Assembly: GCA_032718475.1 (NCBI GenBank) | Contig: JAUCBJ010007562.1 | Location: 1 to 64,000, forward strand | Source: Nemertoderma westbladi | Taxonomy: Eukaryota > Animalia > Xenacoelomorpha | DNA: 64,000 nt | Direction: 5' to 3' | In this document: piece after piece, positions 12,101 to 24,604 of the stretch | How the letters are laid out: the number at the start of each line of letters is the position of its first letter | Position numbering within the stretch: the first letter of the stretch is position 1 | The notes under the pieces: generated by a model | Told to the model about the DNA's origin: nothing | Database searches by the model: none | Seen by the model: the letters and a program-made list of their open reading frames with translations, nothing else | Made by a program: the position numbers and the translations under genes

Positions 12101-15100
12101 ATGTCAGTGGAACCTTGGTTATGACTTCCGTAAGGGCCAATCAATGTCAGTGGAACCTTTGGTAAGGCTTCCGTAAGGGCCAATCAATGTCAGTGGAACC
12201 TTGGGTACGGCTTCCGTAAGGGCCAATCAATGTCAGTGGAACCTTGGGTAAGGCTTCCGTAAGGGCCAATCAATGTCAGTGGAACCTTGGGTACGGCTTC
12301 CGTAAGGGCCAATCAATGTCAGTGGAACCTTGGTTATGACTTCCGTAAGGGCCAATCAATGTCAGTGGAACCTTGGGTAAGGCTTCCGTAAGTGCCGATC
12401 AATGCAGTGGAACCTTGGGTATGGCTTCCATAAGGGCCAATCAAAGTCAGTGGAACCTTGGGTACAGCTTCCGTGAGGGCCAATCAATGTCAGTGGAACC
12501 TTGGGTATGGCTTCCGTAAGGGCCGATCAATGTGAGTGGAACCTTGGGTATGACTTCCGTAAGGGCCAATCAATGTCAGTGGAACCTTGGGTAAGGCTTC
12601 CGTAAGGGCCGATCAATGTCAGTGGAACCTTGGGTATGGCTTCCGTAAGGGCCAATCAATGTCAGTGGAACCTTGGTTATGGCTTCCGTAAGGGCCGATC
12701 AATGTGAGTGGAACCTTGGGTATGGGCCAATCAATGCAGTGGAACCTTGGGTACGGCTTCCGTAAGGGCCAATCAATGTCAGTGGAACCTTGGTTATGAC
12801 TTCCGTAAGGGCCAATCAATGTCAGTGGAACCTTGGTTATGACTTCCGTAAGGGCCAATCAATGTCAGTGGAACCTTGGGTATGACTTCCGTAAGGGCCA
12901 ATCAATGTCAGTGGAACCTTGGTTATGACTTCCGTAAGGGCCAATCAATGTCAGTGGAACCTTGGTTATGACTTCCGTAAGGGCCAATCAATGTCAGTGG
13001 AACCTTGGTTATGACTTCCGTAAGGGCCAATCAATGTCAGTGGAACCTTGGTTATGACTTCCGTAAGGGCCAATCAATGTCAGTGGAACCTTGGTTATGA
13101 CTTCCGTAAGGGCCGATCAATGTCAGTGGAACCTTGGGTAAGGCTTCCGTAAGGGCCAATCAATGTCAGTGGAACCTTGGTTATGGCTTCCGTAAGGGCC
13201 AATCAATGTCAGTGGAACCTTGGTTATGACTTCCGTAAGGGCCGATCAATGTCAGTGGAACCTTGGGTATGGCTTCCGTAAGGGCCAATCAATGTCAGTG
13301 GAACCTTGGTTATGGCTTCCGTAAGGGCCGATCAATGTCAGTGGAACCTTGGGTACGGCTTCCGTAAGGGCCAATCAATGTCAGTGGAACCTTGGTTATG
13401 ACTTCCGTAAGGGCCAATCAATGTCAGTGGAACCTTGGTTATGACTTCCGTAAGGGCCAATCAATGTCAGTGGAACCTTGGTTATGACTTCCGTAAGGGC
13501 CAATCAATGTCAGTGGAACCTTGGGTACGGCTTCCGTAAGGGCCAATCAATGTCAGTGGAACCTTGGTTATGACTTCCGTAAGGGCCAATCAATGTCAGT
13601 GGAACCTTGGTTATGACTTCCGTAAGGGCCAATCAATGTCAGTGGAACCTTGGTTATGACTTCCGTAAGGGCCGATCAATGTCAGTGGAACCTTGGGTAA
13701 GGCTTCCGTAAGGGCCAATCAATGTCAGTGGAACCTTGGTTATGGCTTCCGTAAGGGCCAATCAATGTCAGTGGAACCTTGGTTATGACTTCCGTAAGGG
13801 CCGATCAATGTCAGTGGAACCTTGGGTATGGCTTCCGTAAGGGCCAATCAATGTCAGTGGAACCTTGGGTAAGGCTTCCGTAAGGGCCGATCAATGTCAG
13901 TGGAACCTTGGGTAAGGCTTCCGTAAGGGCCAATCAATGTCAGTGGAACCTTGGGTAAGGCTTCCGTAAGGGCCAATCAATGTCAGTGGAACCTTGGGTA
14001 AGACTTCCGTAAGGGCCGATCAATGTCAGTGGAACCTTGGTTATGACTTCCGTAAGGGCCGATCAATGTCAGTGGAACCTTGGGTAAGGCTTCCGTAAGT
14101 GCCGATCAATGCAGTGGAACCTTGGGTATGGCTTCCATAAGGGCCAATCAAAGTCAGTGGAACCTTGGGTACAGCTTCCGTGAGGGCCAATCAATGTCAG
14201 TGGAACCTTGGGTATGGCTTCCGTAAGGGCCGATCAATGTGAGTGGAACCTTGGGTATGACTTCCGTAAGGGCCAATCAATGTCAGTGGAACCTTGGGTA
14301 AGGCTTCCGTAAGGGCCGATCAATGTCAGTGGAACCTTGGGTATGGCTTCCGTAAGGGCCAATCAATGTCAGTGGAACCTTGGTTATGGCTTCCGTAAGG
14401 GCCAATCAATGTCAGTGGAACCTTGGGTACGGCTTCCGTAAGGGCCAATCAATGTCAGTGGAACCTTGGTTATGACTTCCGTAAGGGCCAATCAATGTCA
14501 GTGGAACCTTGGTTATGACTTCCGTAAGGGCCAATCAATGTCAGTGGAACCTTGGGTATGACTTCCGTAAGGGCCAATCAATGTCAGTGGAACCTTGGTT
14601 ATGACTTCCGTAAGGGCCAATCAATGTCAGTGGAACCTTGGTTATGACTTCCGTAAGGGCCAATCAATGTCAGTGGAACCTTGGTTATGACTTCCGTAAG
14701 GGCCAATCAATGTCAGTGGAACCTTGGGTAAGGCTTCCGTAAGGGCCAATCAATGTCAGTGGAACCTTGGGTAAGGCTTCCGTAAGGGCCGATCAATGTC
14801 AGTGGAACCTTGGTTATGACTTCCGTAAGGGCCAATCAATGTCAGTGGAACCTTGGGTAAGGCTTCCGTAAGGGCCAATCAATGTCAGTGGAACCTTGGT
14901 TATGACTTCCGTAAGGGCCAATCAATGTCAGTGGAACCTTGGTTATGACTTCCGTAAGGGCCAATCAATGTCAGTGGAACCTTGGTTATGACTTCCGTAA
15001 GGGCCAATCAATGTCAGTGGAACCTTGGTTATGACTTCCGTAAGGGCCAATCAATGTCAGTGGAACCTTGGGTAAGGCTTCCGTAAGGGCCGATCAATGT

Positions 15101-18100
15101 CAGTGGAACCTTGGTTATGACTTCCGTAAGGGCCAATCAATGTCAGTGGAACCTTGGGTACGGCTTCCGTAAGGGCCGATCAATGTCAGTGGAACCTTGG
15201 GTAAGGCTTCCGTAAGGGCCAATCAATGTCAGTGGAACCTTGGTTATGACTTCCGTAAGGGCCAATCAATGTCAGTGGAACCTTGGTTATGACTTCCGTA
15301 AGGGCCAATCAATGTCAGTGGAACCTTGGGTACGGCTTCCGTAAGGGCCAATCAATGTCAGTGGAACCTTGGTTATGACTTCCGTAAGGGCCAATCAATG
15401 TCAGTGGAACCTTGGTTATGACTTCCGTAAGGGCCAATCAATGTCAGTGGAACCTTGGGTACGGCTTCCGTAAGGGCCGATCAATGTCAGTGGAACCTTG
15501 GGTAAGGCTTCCGTAAGGGCCAATCAATGTCAGTGGAACCTTGGTTATGACTTCCGTAAGGGCCAATCAATGTCAGTGGAACCTTGGTTATGACTTCCGT
15601 AAGGGCCGATCAATGTCAGTGGAACCTTGGGTAAGGCTTCCGTAAGGGCCGATCAATGTCAGTGGAACCTTGGTTATGACTTCCGTAAGGGCCGATCAAT
15701 GTCAGTGGAACCTTGGTTACGGCTTCCGTAAGGGCCAATCAATGTCAGTGGAACCTTGGTTATGACTTCCGTAAGGGCCAATCAATGTCAGTGGAACCTT
15801 GGGTAAGGCTTCCGTAAGTGCCGATCAATGTCAGTGGAACCTTGGGTACGGCTTCCGTAAGGGCCGATCAATGTCAGTGGAACCTTGGGTACGGCTTCCG
15901 TAAGTGCCGATCAATGTCAGTGGAACCTTGGTTATGACTTCCGTAAGGGCCAATCAATGTCAGTGGAACCTTGGGTAAGGCTTCCGTAAGGGCCAATCAA
16001 TGTCAGTGGAACCTTGGGTAAGGCTTCCGTAAGGGCCAATCAATGTCAGTGGAACCTTGGGTAAGGCTTCCGTAAGGGCCAATCAATGTCAGTGGAACCT
16101 TGGGTAAGGCTTCCGTAAGGGCCAATCAATGTCAGTGGAACCTTGGTTATGACTTCCGTAAGGGCCAATCAATGTCAGTGGAACCTTGGTTATGACTTCC
16201 GTAAGGGCCAATCAATGTCAGTGGAACCTTGGTTATGACTTCCGTAAGGGCCAATCAATGTCAGTGGAACCTTGGTTATGACTTCCGTAAGGGCCGATCA
16301 ATGTCAGTGGAACCTTGGGTAAGGCTTCCGTAAGGGCCAATCAATGTCAGTGGAACCTTGGGTAAGGCTTCCGTAAGGGCCAATCAATGTCAGTGGAACC
16401 TTGGTTATGACTTCCGTAAGGGCCAATCAATGTCAGTGGAACCTTGGGTACGGCTTCCGTAAGGGCCAATCAATGTCAGTGGAACCTTGGTTATGACTTC
16501 CGTAAGGGCCGATCAATGTCAGTGGAACCTTGGTTATGACTTCCGTAAGGGCCGATCAATGTCAGTGGAACCTTGGTTATGACTTCCGTAAGGGCCGATC
16601 AATGTCAGTGGAACCTTGGGTAAGGCTTCCGTAAGGGCCGATCAATGTCAGTGGAACCTTGGTTATGACTTCCGTAAGGGCCAATCAATGTCAGTGGAAC
16701 CTTGGGTAAGGCTTCCGTAAGGGCCAATCAATGTCAGTGGAACCTTGGTTATGACTTCCGTAAGGGCCAATCAATGTCAGTGGAACCTTGGTTATGACTT
16801 CCGTAAGGGCCGATCAATGTCAGTGGAACCTTGGGTAAGGCTTCCGTAAGGGCCGATCAATGTCAGTGGAACCTTGGTTATGACTTCCGTAAGGGCCGAT
16901 CAATGTCAGTGGAACCTTGGGTACGGCTTCCGTAAGGGCCGATCAATGTCAGTGGAACCTTGGGTACGGCTTCCGTAAGGGCCAATCAATGTCAGTGGAA
17001 CCTTGGTTATGACTTCCGTAAGGGCCAATCAATGTCAGTGGAACCTTGGTTATGACTTCCGTAAGGGCCAATCAATGTCAGTGGAACCTTGGGTAAGGCT
17101 TCCGTAAGGGCCGATCAATGTCAGTGGAACCTTGGGTAAGGCTTCCGTAAGGGCCAATCAATGTCAGTGGAACCTTGGTTATGACTTCCGTAAGGGCCAA
17201 TCAATGTCAGTGGAACCTTGGTTATGACTTCCGTAAGGGCCAATCAATGTCAGTGGAACCTTGGTTATGGCTTCCGTAAGGGCCGATCAATGTCAGTGGA
17301 ACCTTGGGTAAGGCTTCCGTAAGGGCCAATCAATGTCAGTGGAACCTTGGGTAAGGCTTCCGTAAGGGCCGATCAATGTCAGTGGAACCTTGGTTACGGC
17401 TTCCGTAAGGGCCAATCAATGTCAGTGGAACCTTGGTTATGACTTCCGTAAGGGCCAATCAATGTCAGTGGAACCTTGGGTAAGGCTTCCGTAAGGGCCG
17501 ATCAATGTCAGTGGAACCTTGGGTACGGCTTCCGTAAGGGCCGATCAATGTCAGTGGAACCTTGGTTATGACTTCCGTAAGGGCCAATCAATGTCAGTGG
17601 AACCTTGGGTAAGGCTTCCGTAAGGGCCAATCAATGTCAGTGGAACCTTGGGTAAGGCTTCCGTAAGGGCCAATCAATGTCAGTGGAACCTTGGGTAAGG
17701 CTTCCGTAAGGGCCAATCAATGTCAGTGGAACCTTGGGTAAGGCTTCCGTAAGGGCCAATCAATGTCAGTGGAACCTTGGTTATGACTTCCGTAAGGGCC
17801 AATCAATGTCAGTGGAACCTTGGGTAAGGCTTCCGTAAGGGCCAATCAATGTCAGTGGAACCTTGGGTAAGCTTCCGTAAGGGCCGATCAATGTCAGTGG
17901 AACCTTGGGTAAGGCTTCCGTAAGGGCCAATCAATGTCAGTGGAACCTTGGTTATGACTTCCGTAAGGGCCAATCAATGTCAGTGGAACCTTGGGTACAG
18001 GCTTCCGTAAGGGCCGATCAATGTCAGTGGAACCTTGGGTAAGGCTTCCGTAAGGGCCAATCAATGTCAGTGGAACCTTGGGTAAGGCTTCCGTAAGGGC

Positions 18101-21100
18101 CAATCAATGTCAGTGGAACCTTGGGTACGGCTTCCGTAAGGGCCGATCAATGTCAGTGGAACCTTGGGTACGGCTTCCGTAAGGGCCGATCAATGTCAGT
18201 GGAACCTTGGGTAAGGCTTCCGTAAGGGCCAATCAATGTCAGTGGAACCTTGGGTAAGGCTTCCGTAAGGGCCGATCAATGTCAGTGGAACCTTGGGTAA
18301 GGCTTCCGTAAGGGCCGATCAATGTCAGTGGAACCTTGGGTAAGGCTTCCGTAAGGGCCGATCAATGTCAGTGGAACCTTGGTTATGACTTCCGTAAGGG
18401 CCAATCAATGTCAGTGGAACCTTGGGTAAGGCTTCCGTAAGGGCCGATCAATGTCAGTGGAACCTTGGGTAAGGCTTCCGTAAGGGCCAATCAATGTCAG
18501 TGGAACCTTGGGTACGGCTTCCGTAAGGGCCGATCAATGTCAGTGGAACCTTGGTTATGACTTCCGTAAGGGCCAATCAATGTCAGTGGAACCTTGGGTA
18601 AGGCTTCCGTAAGGGCCAATCAATGTCAGTGGAACCTTGGGTACGGCTTCCGTAAGGGCCGATCAATGTCAGTGGAACCTTGGTTATGACTTCCGTAAGG
18701 GCCAATCAATGTCAGTGGAACCTTGGGTAAGGCTTCCGTAAGGGCCGATCAATGTCAGTGGAACCTTGGGTAAGGCTTCCGTAAGGGCCAATCAATGTCA
18801 GTGGAACCTTGGGTACAGCTTCCGTAAGGGCCGATCAATGTCAGTGGAACCTTGGGTAAGGCTTCCGTAAGGGCCAATCAATGTCAGTGGAACCTTGGGT
18901 AAGGCTTCCGTAAGGGCCAATCAATGTCAGTGGAACCTTGGGTACGGCTTCCGTAAGGGCCGATCAATGTCAGTGGAACCTTGGTTACGGCTTCCGTAAG
19001 GGCCGATCAATGTCAGTGGAACCTTGGGTAAGGCTTCCGTAAGGGCCAATCAATGTCAGTGGAACCTTGGGTAAGGCTTCCGTAAGGGCCGATCAATGTC
19101 AGTGGAACCTTGGGTAAGGCTTCCGTAAGGGCCGATCAATGTCAGTGGAACCTTGGGTAAGGCTTCCGTAAGGGCCGATCAATGTCAGTGGAACCTTGGT
19201 TATGACTTCCGTAAGGGCCAATCAATGTCAGTGGAACCTTGGGTAAGGCTTCCGTAAGGGCCAATCAATGTCAGTGGAACCTTGGGTACGGCTTCCGTAA
19301 GGGCCGATCAATGTCAGTGGAACCTTGGTTATGACTTCCGTAAGGGCCAATCAATGTCAGTGCAACCTTGGGTAAGGCTTCCGTAAGGGTCGATCAATGT
19401 CAGTGGAACCTTGGGTAAGGCTTCCGTAAGTGCCAATCAATGTCAGTGGAACCTTGGGTAAGGCTTCCGTAAGGGCCGATCAATGTCAGTGGAACCTTGG
19501 GTAAGGCTTCCGTAAGGGCCGATCAATGTCAGTGGAACCTTGGGTAAGGCTTCCGTAAGGGCCAATCAATGTCAGTGGAACCTTGGGTATGGCTTCCGTA
19601 AGGGCCGATCAATGTCAGTGGAACCTTGGGTAAGGCTTCCGTAAGTGCCAATCAATGTCAGTGGAACCTTGGGTAAGGCTTCCGTAAGGGCCGATCAATG
19701 TCAGTGGAACCTTGGGTAAGGCTTCCGTAAGGGCCGATCAATGTCAGTGGAACCTTGGGTAAGGCTTCCATAAGGGCCAATCAATGTCAGTGGAACCTTG
19801 GGTAAAGCTTCCTTCCGTAAGGGCCGATCAAAGTCAGTGGAACCTTGGGTACTGCTTCCTTATGGGCCAATCAATGTCAGTGGAACCTTGGGTAAGGCTT
19901 CCGTAAGGGCCGATCAATGTCAGTGGAACCTTGGGTAAGGCTTCCATAAGGGCCGATCAATGTGAGCGGAACCTTGGGTACGGCCGGCTTCCGTAAGGGC
20001 CGATCAAAGTCAGTGGAACCTTGGGTACGGCCGGCTTCCGTAAGGGCCGATCAAAGTCAGTGGAACCTTGGGTACAGCTTCCGTAAGGGCCAATCAATGT
20101 CAGTGGAACCTTGGGTAAGGCTTCCGTAAGGGCCAATCAATGTCAGTGGAACCTTGGGTACGGCCGGCTTCCGTAAGGGCCGATCAAAGTCAGTGGAACC
20201 TTGGGTACGGCCGGCTTCCGTAAGGGCCGATCAAAGTCAGTGGAACCTTGGGTACGGCCGGCTTCCGTAAGGGCCGATCAAAGTCAGTGGAACCTTGGGT
20301 ACAGCTTCCGTAAGGGCCGATCAAAGTCAGTGGAACCTTGGGTACTGCTTCCATAAGGGCCAATCAATCTCAGTGGAACCTTGGGTACGGCTTCCGTAAG
20401 GGCCGATCAATGTCAGTGGAACCTTGGGTATGGCTTCCGTAAGGGCCAATCAATGTCAGTGGAACCTTGGGTAAGGCTTCCGTAAGGGCCGATCAATGTC
20501 AGTGGAAGCTTGGGTACGGCCGGCTTCCGTAAGGGCCGATCAAAGTCAGTGGAACCTTGGGTACGGCCGGCTTCCGTAAGGGCCGATCAAAGTCAGTGGA
20601 ACCTTGGGTACGGCCGGCTTCCGTAAGGGCCGATCAAAGTCAGTGGAACCTTGGGTACGGCCGGCTTCCGTAAGGGCCGATCAAAGTCAGTGGAACCTTG
20701 GGTACTGCTTCCATAAGGGCCAATCAATCTCAGTGGAACCTTGGGTACGGCTTCTGTAAGGGCCGATCAATGTCAGTGGAACCTTGGGTATGGCTTCCGT
20801 AAGGGCCGATCAAAGTCAGTGGAACCTTGGGTAAGGCTTCCGTAAGGGCCAATCAATCTCAGTGGAACCTTGGGTACGGCTTCCGTAAGGGCCGATCAAT
20901 GTCAGTGGAACCTTGGGTATGGCTTCCGTAAGGGCCGATCAAAGTCAGTGGAACCTTGGGTAAGGCTTCCGTAAGGGCCAATCAATGTCAGTGGAACCTT
21001 GGGTATGACTTCTGTAAGGGCCAATCAATGTCAGTGGAACCTTGGGTAAGGCTTCCGTAAGGGCCGATCAATGTCAGTGGAACCTTGGGTAAGGCTTCCG

Positions 21101-23222
21101 TAAGGGCCGATCAATGTCAGTGGAACCTTGGGTAAGGCTTCCGTAAGGGCCGATCAATGTCAGTGGAACCTTGGTTATGACTTCCGTAAGGGCCAATCAA
21201 TGTCAGTGGAACCTTGGGTAAGGCTTCCGTAAGGGCCAATCAATGTCAGTGGAACCTTGGGTACGGCTTCCGTAAGGGCCGATCAATGTCAGTGGAACCT
21301 TGGTTATGACTTCCGTAAGGGCCAATCAATGTCAGTGCAACCTTGGGTAAGGCTTCCGTAAGGGTCGATCAATGTCAGTGGAACCTTGGGTAAGGCTTCC
21401 GTAAGTGCCAATCAATGTCAGTGGAACCTTGGGTAAGGCTTCCGTAAGGGCCGATCAATGTCAGTGGAACCTTGGGTAAGGCTTCCGTAAGGGCCGATCA
21501 ATGTCAGTGGAACCTTGGGTAAGGCTTCCGTAAGGGCCAATCAATGTCAGTGGAACCTTGGGTATGGCTTCCGTAAGGGCCGATCAATGTCAGTGGAACC
21601 TTGGGTAAGGCTTCCGTAAGTGCCAATCAATGTCAGTGGAACCTTGGGTAAGGCTTCCGTAAGGGCCAATCAATGTCAGTGGAACCTTGGGTAAGGCTTC
21701 CGTAAGGGCCGATCAATGTCAGTGGAACCTTGGGTAAGGCTTCCATAAGGGCCAATCAATGTCAGTGGAACCTTGGGTAAAGCTTCCTTCCGTAAGGGCC
21801 GATCAAAGTCAGTGGAACCTTGGGTACTGCTTCCTTATGGGCCAATCAATGTCAGTGGAACCTTGGGTAAGGCTTCCGTAAGGGCCGATCAATGTCAGTG
21901 GAACCTTGGGTAAGGCTTCCATAAGGGCCGATCAATGTGAGCGGAACCTTGGGTACGGCCGGCTTCCGTAAGGGCCGATCAAAGTCAGTGGAACCTTGGG
22001 TACGGCCGGCTTCCGTAAGGGCCGATCAAAGTCAGTGGAACCTTTGGGTACAGCTTCCGTAAGGGCCAATCAATGTCAGTGGAACCTTGGGTAAGGCTTC
22101 CGTAAGGGCCAATCAATGTCAGTGGAACCTTGGGTACGGCCGGCTTCCGTAAGGGCCGATCAAAGTCAGTGGAACCTTGGGTACGGCCGGCTTCCGTAAG
22201 GGCCGATCAAAGTCAGTGGAACCTTGGGTACGGCCGGCTTCCGTAAGGGCCGATCAAAGTCAGTGGAACCTTGGGTACAGCTTCCGTAAGGGCCGATCAA
22301 AGTCAGTGGAACCTTGGGTACTGCTTCCATAAGGGCCAATCAATCTCAGTGGAACCTTGGGTACGGCTTCCGTAAGGGCCGATCAATGTCAGTGGAACCT
22401 TGGGTATGGCTTCCGTAAGGGCCAATCAATGTCAGTGGAACCTTGGGTAAGGCTTCCGTAAGGGCCGATCAATGTCAGTGGAAGCTTGGGTACGGCCGGC
22501 TTCCGTAAGGGCCGATCAAAGTCAGTGGAACCTTGGGTACGGCCGGCTTCCGTAAGGGCCGATCAAAGTCAGTGGAACCTTGGGTACGGCCGGCTTCCGT
22601 AAGGGCCGATCAAAGTCAGTGGAACCTTGGGTACGGCCGGCTTCCGTAAGGGCCGATCAAAGTCAGTGGAACCTTGGGTACTGCTTCCATAAGGGCCAAT
22701 CAATCTCAGTGGAACCTTGGGTACGGCTTCTGTAAGGGCCGATCAATGTCAGTGGAACCTTGGGTATGGCTTCCGTAAGGGCCAATCAAAGTCAGTGGAA
22801 CCTTGGGTAAGGCTTCCGTAAGGGCCAATCAATCTCAGTGGAACCTTGGGTACGGCTTCCGTAAGGGCCGATCAATGTCAGTGGAACCTTGGGCATGGCT
22901 TCCGTAAGGGCCGATCAAAGTCAGTGGAACCTTGGGTAAGGCTTCCGTAAGGGCCAATCAATGTCAGTGGAACCTTGGGTATGACTTCTGTAAGGGCCAA
23001 TCAATGTCAGTGGAACCTTGGGTAAGGCTTCCGTAAGGGCCAATCAATGTCAGTGGAACCTTGGGTAAGGCTTCCGTAAGGGCCGATCAATGTCAGTGGA
23101 ACCTTGGGTAAGGCTTCCCGTAAGGGCCGATCAATTTCAGTGGAACCTTGGGTAAGGCTTCCCGTAAGGGCCGATCAATGGGCAGAAAATGGGTACGGCT
23201 TCCGTAAGGGCCGATCAATGGG
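3188..23222. repeat. 43-bp satellite array (~465 copies), consensus tggaaccttgggtaaggcttccgtaagggccaatcaatgtcag
   Basis: tggaacc at 3188, 3231 and so on. A few polymorphic sites: ggta[a/c/t]gg versus gttatga, and cc[a/g]at. Confidence 0.98.
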
Positions 23223-23436
23223 CCGAAAGTGGGGGTTCGTGTTGTTGGGAATCGTAAGTGGAACCCGCTGAGGACTTAGCTTTGGCTAACTAGCCCCAGA
23301 GCGCTTGCCCACAGAGTGCCTGTCCACTGGCTACTTAGTTCGTCCCAGGACCGACTATTTAGTTTTGGTTTTTAGTTAGTCCCCATACGCTTTGACTCTG
23401 TCGGTTATGGTGGTGCTTGTGCACTGTGTCCGCTGG

Positions 23437-23472
23437 CTAATGGTAATAGTAATAGTAATAGTAATAGTAATG
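23437..23472 (+). repeat. (TAATAG)n microsatellite, possibly a retroposon 3' tail
   Basis: taatggtaatagtaatagtaatagtaatagtaatgg abuts the broken end of the RT fragment. Confidence 0.7.
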
Positions 23473-23680
23473 GTGCTAATGTGTCACCTTGCAGTACGCC
23501 AGCCAGGATTGAGAAAAACTCAGTTTCACCATCTGGTGAGAGTACCTGCGCTTCTGTGTCACAATATAGCAATCCAATGCCAGCAACAATTACTTCTGGT
23601 ATTCCATAAGCTCTTAGGATTTCAAGCATTTTACCTCTATGGATGGAGTCGAATGCCTTCTTGAAGTCCACAAAAGTCAA
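23470..23680 (-). pseudogene. Fragment of a second RTE-type reverse transcriptase (different subfamily from 521-2220)
   Basis: TFVDFKKAFDSIHRGKMLEILRAYGIP...GVLQGDTLAP covers the same RT segment as the left element but is clearly diverged from it. Confidence 0.85.
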
Positions 23681-24024
23681 GGGCGCTACCCTAGGGTAGG
23701 AATGGGCGCTACCCTAGGGTAGGGATGGGCGCTACCCTATGATAGGGAAGAGCGCTACCCTAGGGTAGGGAAGGGCTAGGGAAGGGCGCTACCCTAGGAT
23801 AGGGATGGGCGCTACCCTATGGTAGGGAAGGGCGCTACCTAGGGTAGGGATGGGCGCTACCCTAGGGTAGGGATGGGCGCTACCCTATGGTAGGGATGGG
23901 CGCTACCATATGGTAGGGATGGGCGCTACCCCAGGGTAGGGATGGGCGCTACCTAGGGTAGGGATGGGCGCTACCCTATGGTAGGGATGGGCGCTACCCT
24001 AGGGTAGGGATAGGCGCTAACCTA
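23681..24024. repeat. 23-bp minisatellite gggcgctaccctagggtagggat (~15 copies)
   Basis: Visible tandem copies; the unit contains the 14-bp palindrome ctaccctagggtag and several GGG runs. Confidence 0.92.
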
Positions 24025-24079
24025 TCACACGTTTTGCTCCCAATAATTATACTGAACCTCATTTTATCAACTTAATGTA

Positions 24080-24530
24080 TGAACGGCTGAGTGGAACGGC
24101 TGAGTGGAACGGCTGAGTGAACGGCTGAGTGGAACGGCTGAGTGGAACGGCTGAGTGAACGGCTAAGTGGAACGGCTGAGTGGAACGGCTGAGTGGAACG
24201 GCTGAGTGGAACGGCTGAGTGGAACGGCTGAGTGGAACGGCTGAGTGGAACGGCTGAGTGGAACGGCTGAGTGGAACGGCTGAGTGAACGGCTGAGTGGA
24301 ACGGCTGAGTGGAACGGCTGAGTGAACGGCTGAGTGGAACGGCTGAGTGGAACGGCTGAGTGGAACGGCTGAGTGGAACGGCTGAGTGGAACGGCTGAGT
24401 GAACGGCTGAGTGGAACGGCTGAGTGAACGGCTGAGTGGAACGGCTGAGTGGAACGGCTGAGTGGAACGGCTGAGTGGAACGGCTGAGTGGAACGGCTGA
24501 GTGGAACGGCTGAGTGGAACGGCTGAGTGG
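24080..24530. repeat. 13-bp minisatellite gaacggctgagtg (~35 copies, some 12-bp variants)
   Basis: Direct inspection. Confidence 0.96.
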
Positions 24531-24604
24531 ACTCTGGCGGGACTCGGAACTACAAGTACAACCCATAGATTATAGGCCCGTTGCTCAACCAACTGAGCTC
24601 ACCC
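24520..24604 (-). mobile_element. tRNA-derived SINE head
   Basis: Minus strand reads gggtgAGCTCAGTTGGttgagca (A-box-like) ... GTTCCGAGTCCcgccagagt (degenerate B-box), then ccactcagcc. No intact cloverleaf, so not a tRNA gene. Confidence 0.6.

Noticed and set aside
3188-23222. CRISPR array interpretation of the 43-bp or 33-bp repeats
   Set aside because: There are no unique spacers (units are head-to-tail with only point variants), no cas genes, and the context is eukaryotic.
3188-23222. GTAAGG donor-like and tcag acceptor-like motifs in the 43-bp unit
   Set aside because: No adjoining exon or gene on the plus strand, the period is not a multiple of 3, and one of the GT sites is highly variable.
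23222-23300. Hammerhead or HDV-like ribozyme (cGAAA ... CTGAGGA, hairpin ttagc-tttg-gctaa)
   Set aside because: The stems do not close in the topology required for type I, II or III hammerheads, and I could not build the HDV double pseudoknot.
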